From Tubiluchus corallicola (taxonomy: Eukaryota > Animalia > Priapulida): 64,000 bases of DNA. Below, piece by piece: positions 15,901 to 28,599 of the stretch. The notes under the pieces are model-generated. The model was not told where the DNA came from and made no database searches. It was given only the letters and a program-made list of their open reading frames with translations. The position numbers and the translations under genes are program-made. Each line of letters begins with the position of its first letter. Position 1 is the stretch's first letter. The stretch is from positions 1-64,000 of the forward strand of contig JAQGDQ010000142.1 in assembly GCA_030141605.1 (NCBI GenBank), in the 5' to 3' direction.

Positions 15901-18900
15901 CGGTTACATGATGGCGCAGCGTCTTGGAATTACTGGATATCTGCTTTCCCGTGTGACAGGGACATTTTATCTAGTCATTGGTTCCAGCGAGGCATTGGAG
16001 CCACAAAAGACAAATGTTGGACTGAACTTGAAGTTTAATAAAAAGAATGAAGAGGTGGGCTTACACATATTATTTTTGGAAATGATGCTTTTACTTGATG
16101 CATTGCTGATAAATGGGCAAATCTCAACAGCCAAGATTGCAAAACTGTACGTGTTAACTGTGTAATCCAGGCTGAGCTAAACTGTAAAACTGTGCGTGTT
16201 AACTGTGTAAGCCAGACTGAGTTAAACTGTAAAACTGTACGTGTTAACTGTGTAATCCAGGCTGAGTTAAACTGCAAAACTGTGTGTGTTAACTGTATAA
16301 GCCAGGCTGAGTTATACTGTAAAACTGTACGTGTTAACTGTGTAAGCCAGACCGAGTTAAACTGTAAGAACTAACTGTGTAAGCCAGGCTGAGTTAAACT
16401 GTAAAACTGTACGTGTTAACTGTGTAAGCCAGGCTGAGTTAAACTGTAAAACTGTACATGTTAACTGTTTAAGCCAGGCTGAGTTAAACTGTAAAACTGT
16501 AAGTGCTAATTGTGTAATCCAGGCTGTGTTAAACTGTACGTGTTAACATTATAAGCCAGGCTGAATTAAACTGCAAAACTGTATGTGTTAACTGTATAAT
16601 CCAGGCAGAGTTAAAGTGCAAAACTGTACGTGTTAACTGTGTAAACCAGGCTGTGCTAAACTGTAAAACTGTACGTATTAACTGTGTGAGCCAAGCTGAG
16701 TTAAACTGTAAAACTGTACGTGTTAACTGTGTGAGCCAAACTGAATTAAACTGCAAAACTGTACGTGTTAACTGTGTGACCCAGGCTGTGTAAAACTGTA
16801 AAGCTGTACATGTTAACTGTATAAGCCAGGCTGAGTTAGACTGCCCGTTTTACTAGGGTGTGATGAAATCCTTAGTTAGTGTCATAAGTGCTCGTTCTCA
16901 AATAAGAACAAGATCAAAACTTCTTCTAGAAAAGGACAATGACAAAAGCTGCCAAATTAGGAGATTGCATTTTGACCATTCTGTTTAAGGGTCATGAGGA
17001 CAACTGCATCTACAACATTTTTTCGTAAAAAGAGTGGAACTAGCCAAATATGTATCAGTAGTTTTTGAGGTAAGGTTTAACACATTTGCTCTGTATTAAG
17101 GTACCTGGCTACACAAAGAAGAAGAACAGTGAGTGGTTGTATTCGCAGAAAGCTGAGGAGGAACTGTCACAGTACATTCAGCGCTTTCCAGAACTTTTTC
17201 AATATTTAGCCAAGACACGTTGCCAGAATGATATTTATCATGAGTCTGATATTTATCCGGGTGCAAATGGGTAAGTATAATGTTTGTGTGCCAGTCGACA
17301 GTTATATTTTATCATGAATTTTGGCCTTTTGTGCTATATGAGATTTGCTCAATAGTAAAGCGACTGACCTTTCATCACAAGGTCAATATAGTTCGAATTG
17401 TTTACCTTTTTTCAGAGATTTTTTACTGATATACTTTTTAAGGGTGATTAATTTTAAGTCTTCATTTATACAATTTTATTAAAATTAAACTTTTTAAGCA
17501 CGGTATTTTTGCTTCTACTTCACAATAATTTGATAATTTTGATTGTTCTGTTTTGTTTAGTGATATTTTTTATAAACTTGCATATTTTCTAAACCTTTTA
17601 TTTGACTTCTTACAAAATTTTAGTTATAATGCTAGAAAAACAATGGATATCGTTGACTGCCACGTGTTTTTTATTCGGTATGTTCCGATGTAAGGCTTGT
17701 CACCCTAGCAAATCAGCTGTATAGCGTGCTAGAAAATAATGTAAATTGTGTTTGTGTTTCTCATCATTTGAAATTAAAGATATTACTATCGAAGATAATA
17801 CTTGCTGTTGTTTGAAATGATTGTGAAAAGTTTTATCAGTACTTGTATCTCTCATGGGTTAAAGTTTTAGATAATTGATTGTTGTTTGAAATAATTATTA
17901 GTAGTTTTAGCAGAATTTACTCTCTCAGTCTTTCAAGCAGGTAGAACCATCATTTGTAGTGGTTTATTAATGTTTGAGTGAACTGAGCTAAACTGTTGTT
18001 AGTTTTTGAAAGTAGTTTTGTTGACTAATCTTTGTTAATTATTATCATGTCATATCATATCCTATCAATTCGGTCCTAGTTGTTATGCATCTCTGCCTGT
18101 TGACCGATCATAACTGCCAGCACTTTTAAAAATTTCTAGGTGGTACAGCCTCGGAGCTGTATCGGTAGTTCAGCCATATATTGTCTCTGCTTTTAAAAGC
18201 TGTTATGGAGTTTGCAGAGACTACATTCTCGGAGAAGTTGTTCCAGCGATCTACAACCCTCAAGCTGAAGAAGTTGTGTCATATAGCAGTGCGACTATAC
18301 CTTTTCTTTAACTTCTGTGAATGTCCCCTAGTTGTTATCTGATAATCTCTTTGAAGGATCTCAACACGCGTACTGTACATTCCATGTAAACTTGTATAGT
18401 TCTATCATATCACCTCTGACCTGTCTGTACCACATACTAAACAACTCTAAAGCCTCTAGACGCTCCTCATAAGGCAATTCCTTGAATCCATTAACTGAAA
18501 TTCTTTTTATTGTCTAGCTGGCTGTATAACTGCTGTGATGGTATGTAAGCTTGCATCGAAATATATCTGATAAATGGTGTGTTGTTGTTAACAAAAGCCG
18601 CTGTTTTACAGCATTAAAATTTTTCAAATTTAAAATGACCTTTTTAAGCATTTTGTCGTTTTCTGTCTGGTTTTAAAGTTCACTTAAAGTTTTTCATTTT
18701 ACAGGAAAAAATGTGCAGAAATAGCTACTTTCCTGAAGACACTGGAGTGTTATAATACGTCTCGTGTACCTTGCGGTACGGAAATTCTAGAAAATGCTAT
18801 AATACAGGCTTTGGAGGAGGAAAATGCTAATACTAAGGTAAAGCAGACAGCATTACATACTGTTTTATTTACTTTTGATTTTAAAGAATATAGTCCTCAA

Positions 18901-21137
18901 GTAATGAAGTTCTAGCTATTTTGTTTCAGTAACTGATTTGACACGAGGTATTACTAAGGTGTAGTTTTATTTGCATAACATATCTTGAATTTGTGTTTTT
19001 TTTGTTAGACATCTGGTCAAGCATCAAAGTCGGTCAAGATGCAGGTCAGGCCACATTTACTGTACAGGGTATGTATAATGCAGCTTGTGGAGAGCAATTT
19101 TATACTTTCAGAGAATACACATCTATTTTTTACAAGCCTAATCTGTGCATTAGTACTTTTGTATTATTACATTTATCACCTCTTTGTAATATTAACATTT
19201 TATTTTCTAATTCTGATGATTATCCTATTGTAATGGGCATTTTGAACTTGAAAGTCATTTGAGTGTTTTATAAATTTTTTATTTAGTGTTTCAAATGCTT
19301 ATCCTTATGTATAGTAAGAAGTATCCATTCTCATGACTGATGCACAGTAGTATACAAAGAAGATTATCTCAATACCACTTCTTGCCATTTTTGCCCCAAC
19401 TAGTTTCGTATATTTATTATAATCCGCAGGGTAGCTATAAAAAAATAATAATTCAACATACAACTTTTAAGCATCCATTTACACATTAAGATCATGAAAG
19501 TCACCATTAGTAAGTGAAGTATGGTTGTACTTACTTTACTGGCTATATAATCAAGTTTATTTATATATGATCTTTGAGATATATACATTAAAAATGTGTA
19601 CTCATAGCTTTCATTTTATTTGGCAACAGGCTCAGTAGGTCATTGTGCTGGCCACTAGTCTGTTACAGTGAGCATGTCATTAAGGCAGTGCTGCTATCTA
19701 TCACTGAAAAAACTTTCTCATTTGTTTAATTTTATGAGTTTTAATTTTAGCCTCTCAGTATTTATAAAATTCTCCTCCATTACTGTTCTGTAGATTTCAG
19801 CATTTTCTTCTCGTAATTTGGAAAAAAGGTATTACATTAATTTGCTAAATCCACATTCATCACTGTGTTTAGACACCCTAAGTTTTCTTATTGTAGTTTC
19901 ACTATATGTTGTCTATGTACCATCACCCTTGTGTTCAGTTTGGATAATAGTTTCACCTACGTCGTTGTTCTCCGGAATTCTATCCAGAACAAGTTATTAT
20001 GTATATAACCTTAAAGCTAGTATAGTCTAGATTCCTTTTAATTACACAAATTACTTTTGTTGACTGTACAAAAAAGATTTACATTCGATGATGTAGTTTC
20101 ATATTTATATATATAAAACCTCCCTGGGCCATGCTGGTTCTTATGGTACACTACATTTTGGTAGTATGCTTAGCATTTGGGCATGCATAAATGACAAACA
20201 GACAAAACATACAGTGCTTTTCTTCTTTATATATGTTTATACCTAGGTCGTTGAAATGATACAAAAAATAAGTGAAAATTGATGTGTAATAAAAGTAAAG
20301 AGCATATCAATTTTATTTTAGAATTTAGTTTTATTGCTGCTCCTTAAAATGTTAAAAAGACGGTATTTTTCCAGAGCTGGTTTTTACATTTAGTAATGGA
20401 CAGTGTTGTCCCATTTGCATCTTCAAAATTGAGAATTGTTTATATCCGCCAATTTCATTTACATTTATGTATGCTACAGCTAAGTTAACACCTAGGCTGG
20501 TATGTAATTTTACACATTCGTAATGATAAGCATTTGCAGCATTTTAACATTTAAAATAAAATGTTGCATTCTGGGCAGTTTCTTTGAAGTTTTGAATGCT
20601 GCTGCATTAAGATGGCAATTCAATTTAATTGTTATAGCCAATAGATAATCCGGGTTGCGTGATGGCAGATGCAGCTTCATCTTTTCAACTTTTTGACCGC
20701 GTCATTAATGTACGGGAGGGATATTCTGTCCCGCTTGGCCTACGAGGGACAATCATAGGGATCATTCAGGGAGAAAGAGACATTGATGTGATGTACGATG
20801 TACTATTTGATGAGCCTTTTACTGGTGCTGTTAGGATAAGGTATTTTTTGTTTTATGAAAATTCTAATGTCATCTATTTGCTGCTGTGGTTTTTTACCAT
20901 TTGTAATGTAAAATAATAGGAACTGCAATAACACGAGACTGTTAGTTATTAATATAAAAGAATCTTTACATTTCACTAATGTTAATTAGATTACACATAA
21001 ATTGTTTAGAGCGTTAAGATTCACATAACGCTTTCATATTATGTTTCCAAATAATTGCTGACCCTAAATCTATTTGTTTCACTTTTTAATTCTTCTGGTA
21101 TTTAAACTCTGTTATATATATATATATATATATTTGT

Positions 21138-21223
<86 letters not shown>

Positions 21224-24200
21224 ATATATAAAATAATTATATAACCAAAATGTTTGCATATATCTAATTGTTTAGGGGCTCATCGAACCAAGCTTACAGA
21301 GTTCCTGCATTTTCACTGTTAAATTTCACGCATGGGGAGAGAAGTTTGCGGAAAGGGAAAGGCGTTACTGAGAAGTACAGTAAACATTCTGCGAAAACTG
21401 GAGATGCGTCATATAGCAAGGTCACGAAAGGTAACACATATTTTTTTATTACTAGTTTATATTTATATGGTAAATCTATGTGATGTGTCTAAATTGCAAG
21501 TGCGTTTTGTAAGAGTAATATGAACATGTTATGTATATCTTCAGTAACAGTTCCAAATCTATATCCAAGGTACCTGAATCTAAGGAAAATCGTGACTAGA
21601 TTTTTGCGCAAGTCAGGGACTGGATTAGTACAGCACTAGAATAAATTATGCAGCTGTTGAATTACACCAGTAAATTATGTTCACTGTTGGACCTCCCTTC
21701 TTCATGTGTGTTTTTTGGCACTTGATAAACCCCAACAATGTATGTGTCATAGGCTTTCTATGATTTAGAAGAATTCAAATGATGTTTTTGCTGCACTGAA
21801 GTTGTGCCTATACCTCTTTGAATATAAATATAGAGTTACTACCTAACTATGCATTAATTTTTTCAACTTTGACTTAATCATATGGCACTGTGAATGCATT
21901 AGTTTATTAGCGACACCTATTTATTGTTTATCTTATTTATTTGTGCATCTCGTCCTGATGTATGTTAGTATTCTGTCAAAATCATTTTTGCTTTTACTGA
22001 TTTTCTTCACTTACATTTTACTGGTAAATGTTACTTTATTTGAATATCCAGTTCAGTGTGTAAAACACTGTATGGTAAAAAAGCTTAGCAGAGCTTAGTT
22101 TATGTTTGTCTACTTTTAGTTTTCTGTGTATTCTTCATTAGTTTAGATTAAAACATCGCCGCTAGAAAAGATTTATATTTGCAGTATTTTGATAGCGAAA
22201 TTGATTTTTGAACAGCATCAACTGATTTTTTCTCGTTGTTATTTTAAGGTCAGGAAGATAATCCACAGCGATTCAACCACAGTCCCAATTCTCCCTTCAT
22301 TACACAACAAAATAATTCCCGAGGATACTATCCTGATAAAGCTGGACAGTTTATTACTTTGAAAGGACCTCAACCATCGAATCCATCTCGATCAAGCCTA
22401 CCGCCGCAGCAGCAGAAGTACGACCTGCAGCGATTACCTACACAGCATCAGAACAACTACACACCTCAGTCTGTTGCTCCTTTTCAACAGCAAAGTCATG
22501 GTCACAGATACAAAGTGCCACCCCGAATGAAACCAAAAGATGAATTCTCCAACATATGGGCTGATCTACAACAGTCTTCAACAGCAAGTTATGGGAACAA
22601 ACTTAATGTAAACGGCTCTAAGTCAAAAGCATTAGAAAGTAGAGAAACTAGGCCACATACAATACAACCAGGTGGTTATCCAGGTAAACAGCCCAAGGCA
22701 TCTTTACAACAAGCAGCTCAAGCACTAGAAGAGTCAAGAATAAAATTTGGCAAAACTATTCAACAAAGCCAGAATTCATCTATAGAAAATAGTACAAAAG
22801 CTCTCAAACAGTTACTTAACATTAACGATGGAACAAAATCAGTAGAGGGGAAACATGTGAGTCGTAGTGAAGGAACAGCCAGTGGTCAAAGTGATGAATC
22901 GTATGGTGTGCCCGTCTCTCTTGATGACCTTTTTAAAACTGCAAAAGAAGTTCGGGCAACGAAACAAGGTGGTCATTCAGAGCCTGTAAAGCAGGGAAGG
23001 TCACAGTGGGAAAGCTCTAGCTTTGCGTCACAAAATCCGACTATACATCCAGGATCTTATCCCCCATCTTTCAGCGCTGGACCTGCACGACAGTCACAGC
23101 TACATCAGATGCAGTCACGCCCAGGCATACGTGGACCTTTGTTGCCGAATCCACCAATTTCAGCTTTGCCAGCTTCACGAAAAGCGGTGCATGATCTTGC
23201 CTTGTGGTGCAAAAATGCTGGTTTAAATAACCCCGTTTATGAATTCTTCCCAAAAGGAAATGTAAGTTTTGAATATGAATGTGTTTTTTGAAGAAATACA
23301 CTAGAGTGATGTGGTTTTATGATTGAACACCGTTAATAGACATTTTTTATAACAAAGCACAGAACTCAATGCTTAGAGCTAGGTGCAGTTTGCTTGAGTT
23401 CAACTTTGTGCTGTCTTCCATTTAATTTCTGACTTACAAATGCATTTTTCTACGCATCCTCCCAATGCTTTCCTTCAAGTATTTATTAACTTTATATATT
23501 ATGTGTTATCTCAGTTTACATTAATGATACCCGTGTGTCACAAAATTGTTTTATTTGGCACTGTATTTTGACAAGCTTTTACAGCAAAAACGAAATTGTA
23601 ATTTTGTTTGATGTAGAGATGCATTTTGCAGGATATGAGTGCTAAGGTAAGTCTTAGCAATGGTCTGAAGTTACAAGGTTCATTGATGCGCACACGAGAT
23701 GAAGCTGCAGAAAGTGCTGCTGGTGTTGCACTCATGCATCTGGCTTCTGTAAACCCTGGTTTTTTCAACCAATTCTTTCGGCCACCACAGAGTCATAGAG
23801 GTACGTAGTTTTTTAATAATGTGAAAAACGTAATATGTTCATGTCCGATAAGAATGCCTGAACATTAGAGATGGTGTTATGTATTGTATATGCGTAACTG
23901 TATCACAGTTCAGCTTGTACCATTATCTTGGCTTGAATTAGTGCACATTAGGTTTGGGGTATCTCGCTGTTAGTTAGTACCACTTAAATTGTCTGTCATT
24001 GTTAATGTTTAACGTCCATGATAGACCATCATTTATACTAAATTTCATCTGGCACCTCATATCATCGATTCCGGCTGCCCTAATTTGGTCTTACATTTAG
24101 GATGTCTGGCAGCCCTCCGATACCACTTAAAAAATGTCTGTCATCAATTATGAGCTCTAGGGATCATAAGTTTTATATAAAATTAAAACCGGTTGATAGG

Positions 24201-26075
24201 TACCTCTTATATTCAATCTCGACTGCTTTGCTGGTCATTTAGGGTTAGGGGTGGGGTTAGTGATTACGTATACAAATAGCACCCCAGCAGATGTTCATTC
24301 CTAAACATCACATATTATGTTCAAGCTTCTAATATATCATAATATATCACAAAATATCGGTGTCTCAATCAATCTGAAGGGATTTGGCTGATGGTCAACT
24401 TAATGATTTGGTTAGCAGCTATGATGTTAACCAGTGTACAGAACAATGGAGACTTTACCATTTAATAGCTGATGCACATCGGTCTTCGTGTGATGATTCG
24501 TGTACACTTTGCTTGTGAATAATCAGTGTTAAGAAGTTAAAAGGTCTGGTTTAATGACTATGTGATTAATTCTAGTGTGCATTTATATTAGTGTGAAGCC
24601 CAAATTGAATAATTTGTGTAGATTGTGTGGATTTATCATATAATATTTTTATTAATCATTGATTTCAAAAATAAAGATAACAAATCGTGTTGTGTAGTTG
24701 TTTTAGGAAAGATACTTGCAGTGATTTGTTTACTATGAGTAATTGTTTTTTATAGGCTATCCAGGAATGCATTTAGGTCCTCCTCTTCAGCAAGTTCCGA
24801 CCTTACACGATCCCAAATTCTCCCCTCGGCCTCTAATGAGTCTCTCTGTCCAGCCTGTACCGCAAATGCAACTTAGAGGTCAACATCCAGGTCATAGATC
24901 TGATTTGCCTAGCAGCTCAGAGAGGCAGAAGTCTTTAGAAGAGAAATCTATACAGAAACCCTTACACGAAAAATCAATTCAAGGAGCCTTGGATCAGAGA
25001 TTAAACCAGAAGTCAGTGGCAGTGAAGTCAACACCTGAAAAAGTTTCTGCCACTGTGGCAGGTGTGCCAACTGCATTTATTCCATTACAGGTCTGTATAT
25101 AATCACAAATTCCATTTGAAAGTTTAAATATAATTATTTGATGCACTAAGCTAGCTGTGTCAACTTGTACTGTATTCATCATATTCAAGATACAGAGCAG
25201 TTTGATTCGTCGTTACTGTAAAATGGACCAAGCTCTTTTTAATAAGTTTCATGTTTAACTTGAACAGAATACGAACTTTCCAGTATTTGAGTGAAACTTT
25301 GCATTTTCAAAGAAAATGTCAAAAGGCAAAATAAAGTGAAGCTGCAGCACATATGTAAATAGTCATGTGTACATCTTTTCCATATTTTGTATTTGCGCAT
25401 AATTTTAATCTTCAGAGATTTTATAAGGACAAATTAATGTATATTGGCTGTCTGTTCAATGTATGTAATGAATATTGTTTAACAGCTTGCATTGATTATG
25501 TCAGCCTAATTTGATATTTTCTGCTACACTAAGAAAGAAAGTAAAGCACCTATTGACCCATTGTCAGCTCTAGCCATGGTCATTAAATTTATGTAGCGTG
25601 AATTGAAAGATACTGCTGTTACAGCCAAATTTAGGAGAAACTTTTTTAAGCATTAAAGTTATACAGGCCTAACTTCTTACTGGTTGTTCCTTTATAGGTA
25701 CAAAAAGCTCAGACGCCAGTCCGCAAGAAATCAGCAGACGAGAACATTAATTTGGTTGAACCGAATGAATCCTCTCAAACAATAATGCCCGACGGGGATA
25801 CTACAACTGCAGAAGACATTCATGCCAAAGCAGACAGATTAGCAGTTGTATCAGCAGAATTACGAAACAAAAGGGACTCCTCGGCGAAAGAAGAAAAAGT
25901 GCCTCGTGAAAGACAGTTAATTGGAAATGGTGACTCGGTTGATAAGACTGTATGTAATTCAATGTCAAAATCAGCCATAAGTGCACCAGAGAGTGTGCGT
26001 GATATTACCAGCAGACCTGCACAACAAAGAAAGTCTAGACTTGCAATAAATTTTACTAACTTGCCTCCAAGTTAG
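931..26075 (+). CDS. XRN1: 5'-3' exoribonuclease 1 (XRN1/pacman), 5'-partial, 33 coding exons in window
   Basis: Exons: 931-1062,1482-1582,1947-2044,3337-3446,3561-3671,4208-4290,4730-4986,5590-5657,6279-6380,7844-7934,8570-8720,9104-9193,10749-10905,11254-11373,11794-11960,12339-12468,13013-13102,13229-13332,13752-13880,14314-14388,14819-14906,15108-15221,15645-15740,15878-16054,17101-17270,18705-18837,19009-19068,20638-20840,21276-21430,22249-23261,23632-23800,24756-25090,25698-26075 (TAG). All GT-AG and phase-consistent, total 5457 nt. XRN motifs: [99 protein letters not shown]1-specific C-terminal segments [31 protein letters not shown] and terminal RKSRLAINF. Confidence 0.97.
2111..3176. 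mobile_element. Degenerate MITE-like remnant(s) in XRN1 intron
   Basis: Begins TAGAGATG followed by repeated CGAAT/CCGAA subterminal motifs (2111-2220), with inverted TTCGG motifs at about 2720-2840. A second CAGTGATG...ATCACTA unit lies at about 2950-3176. No clean TSD seen. Confidence 0.35.
5680..6185. mobile_element. Non-autonomous DNA transposon (MITE, hAT-like), 506 bp
   Basis: Perfect 13-bp TIR CAGGGATGAGAAT...ATTCTCATCCCTG. Flanked by direct repeat TTAATA (5674-5679 and 6186-6191). Confidence 0.85.
6489..6605 (+). repeat. 27-bp direct repeat, 90 bp apart
   Basis: AAAATTTGATGTTTTCAAGAAGGCAAG at 6489-6515 and 6579-6605. Confidence 0.8.
7391..7500. mobile_element. Short palindromic MITE (~110 bp)
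   Basis: Left arm GGGCTGATTTCGCAAAACCATCACTAAGTTAACAATGT is the imperfect reverse complement of right arm ACATTGATAACTTAGTGATGGCTGTGTGAAAGTGGGCAC. Confidence 0.65.
15285..15593. repeat. Degenerate (TGTTA/TGCTA)n pentanucleotide repeat
   Basis: Run of diverged 5-mers. A segment TGTGTTTAATTA.CTC...TCAGGATA occurs twice. Confidence 0.75.
16141..16844. repeat. 45-bp minisatellite, ~16 copies, in XRN1 intron
   Basis: Consensus AAAACTGTACGTGTTAACTGTGTAAGCCAGGCTGAGTTAAACTGT. Unit starts at 16141, 16186, 16231 and so on; two units are internally deleted. Explains the 15-aa periodic ORFs in the track. Confidence 0.95.
18044..18498 (-). mobile_element. 3' fragment of a CR1-clade LINE (decayed RT C-terminus, 3' UTR, short-repeat tail)
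   Basis: Minus-strand translation [30 protein letters not shown] ... [11 protein letters not shown] ... [30 protein letters not shown], with a frameshift and a stop. This is the typical CR1 ORF2 end. It finishes in a GATAT-type tail. Confidence 0.88.
21113..21230. repeat. Compound microsatellite (TA)n(TG)n(CGTG)n(TG)n
   Basis: Directly visible. Confidence 0.95.
23940..24290. repeat. Probable interspersed repeat remnant with internal duplication
   Basis: TACCACTTAAA..TGTCTGTCAT occurs at about 23978 and 24121. A TTAGGGTTAGGGGTGGGGTTAG tract lies at about 24239-24260. Confidence 0.35.
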
Positions 26076-27813
26076 TGGTATGTTATATCAACAATAACAT
26101 GATGTCATAACTGTAAACAGTCATTTGAGTGCTTATTTAGGACATATTTTTGATTTTTTTCAGCATTAATAATTTGGTTTCTTTGTCTGTGAAAACTAAA
26201 AATTGAAAAAAATAGTTACCTCTTTTATTCACTATTAAGATAAATATTTTTCGTAAAATTCAAGCAAAAATTCTAAAAATGTAGAAAGCAGCCTGCAAAT
26301 TAGCCATCATTTCCCATCTGCAAATTCTGCTTTTTAACTTGATGCAATGTACGCAGAACTGCAAAAGGTAATGAAAGTTACGGTGTGTTGATTTGTGAAT
26401 CTTTAATGCATTTATTAAACTCATGCAAGAAAAAGCTGTGGTTAATCCAGGATTGTGGGGAGTTTATATTGTGTTTTGCATTTTTACTATTTTATGTGGA
26501 ACCATACTAAGCTGCTTCCACTATTTAAAATTTAGTTTGCAGCTGGTCATAAAAGTAATAGGCCTATGCATAAAATGTTCTAATTTCAGAACCTATTAAT
26601 GATATAACCCTTGCTTGGTAACATTATTTAACTAAATGGCAGCATAAAATTGGTTTTCTTTGCTCACTTTTTATCTCGTGACAATGTTTTCACAATTATC
26701 TGTGTGGATCAACATCTTGGAAAAATTTCTTAGGAAAATCTGAAAAAGTATTTTTAGAGTTATTTTAGGTATGATATTCCCATATCAAAATTTGTTTAGT
26801 AATGCGATAAAGTAGTATCAGAAAAAATACTTCACTGAAGTAGAAGTGGCGTAAAACATGTGTACAGCATGTGCTGCCATCTGCTGGGTATTTAACAAGA
26901 TGTACCAATATTGGGTCCTTGACATAAGGAAGATTGGGCACACCTACTTGACAGAGGGTTAGAAACAAGATGTTTGGCCCCAGCTTGTTCCGACAAACTT
27001 TCTATAAATGGAATTTTTTCATTTCAATCATGTAGTTTTACTTTGGTTAGTTAAACATCAAAATTTTCACAGTCATGGTATAGTTTAGAATCAAGTGAGA
27101 TTAATTTGGATTTTCTGTTGAGTCGTGTATCTGCAGTCCCAATTGGCTCCACTTTGTATTAATGCAGTAATGTGAGATCCGTATTTACTTATTTCATAAA
27201 AATTCATTGGTCTGCAAAGATAAGTGTTAAGATTGCATAAGTTTGGAGATTCTGAAAAAACTTGCTGTCTCAGCAGAAATCAAGCTTTAGTTTACTGCTT
27301 GTCTCAAAGTGTCTAATTGCCATTTGTTAATTAACATCAGTGCTGTTATTTTTAAAGATGAAATACCTCTGTAATAGTTTTTGTATTTTATGTAACTTTA
27401 GATCAATTATTTTAATCGTATCTATTAATTAACATGCTTTAAAGGCGTATCATAAAAGTGTTTGCATTTTGTTATATATATATACACATTCATTTGAGAG
27501 CAGTTCTTTTGTATTTTCACAAGTAACTTTTTTGTATAGAACACCTAAGTTTAGGTATGCTACTTTAAATACACATGATTCAGACTGCTTGAAAATGAAA
27601 CCCTGAAGTGAAACTGTCTGTTTAATTTAATGACTTAAATATACAAACAATCATGATTTCGTTTTTTATAAGCAGACCTAGATTGTCTATGGTTTAGTGT
27701 TGAGTTGCTAACAGGTTTTGAGATTGTCAAATAGACTTTTTTGTTTATTCTTACATTACAAAGTAAAAGCCCGTTCTTAGCCTCAAAATAGATCGAACTT
27801 TACTGTGGTGAAT

Positions 27814-27819
27814 AATAAA
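27814..27819 (+). terminator. Candidate XRN1 polyadenylation signal AATAAA
   Basis: First plus-strand AATAAA noticed after the XRN1 stop, followed by GT/T-rich sequence. Implies a 3' UTR of about 1.75 kb. Confidence 0.35.
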
Positions 27820-28599
27820 TCAATATTATTGCTGTGGTTTAATTTCTTTTACAGAGAAGGGTTATTAGTAAAGTAAGTCTAAAATTACATGTGTCTAGCT
27901 TTAATGTAAACTCAGTAGTGAAATTCTCTTGGCAGATAACTCGTTTAAAGAAAAGTTCTGTAAGGTAAACAAGTGAAAAAATACAAAGGGTTAAGATTAA
28001 ACTGTTAATTTTTGCTGTATATACATATGATATTCAAATAATTTGAAACACATAAAATCATATACATTATGTGCTTGTACCATGCACGTTTTACATAGTT
28101 TTACATAGCTGTGAAGCTTGTGGTATATATATACTGTGACAAAAGAAAGTAAAAATGTACATAAAATTAAATAAGCAATCTGATTATTTCAGTTTGGGTG
28201 AGTTTACACTACAACTGATTTTCACATACCAGCATAAAGGTACCAACAAAAAAGAAACGAGTACGCTAGCATTTTAGAACGGTCTTAATTAAGTTAGTAT
28301 TCTTGACCAAAAATTTTCGTTGAATGACGTTTTTAGTAACTCTGTTACATTTTAGGAGACCTGTAAAGGTATATAAATTTAACACTGAATGATATCAGAA
28401 CAAAAACTGATTAACGGTAAAAATATAACTATAAACAGAACTGAACGATGTTATAATTGATGGCAATGTGGTTGCAAAGTATTGCCGACAAAGCAAGTAT
28501 GCAACGTTAAAGGGCAAAATCACTTGTAATAAAAATTAAAGTGTAACTGCTGTACACTATAGTTGAACGAAGAGGGAAAGTGTCGCTGGTTTAGATTTT

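Noticed and set aside
16141-16844. CRISPR-like array, or coding repeat protein from the periodic ORFs
   Set aside because: Head-to-tail repeats without unique spacers, inside a eukaryotic intron, with no cas genes. The ORFs arise from the 45-nt period.
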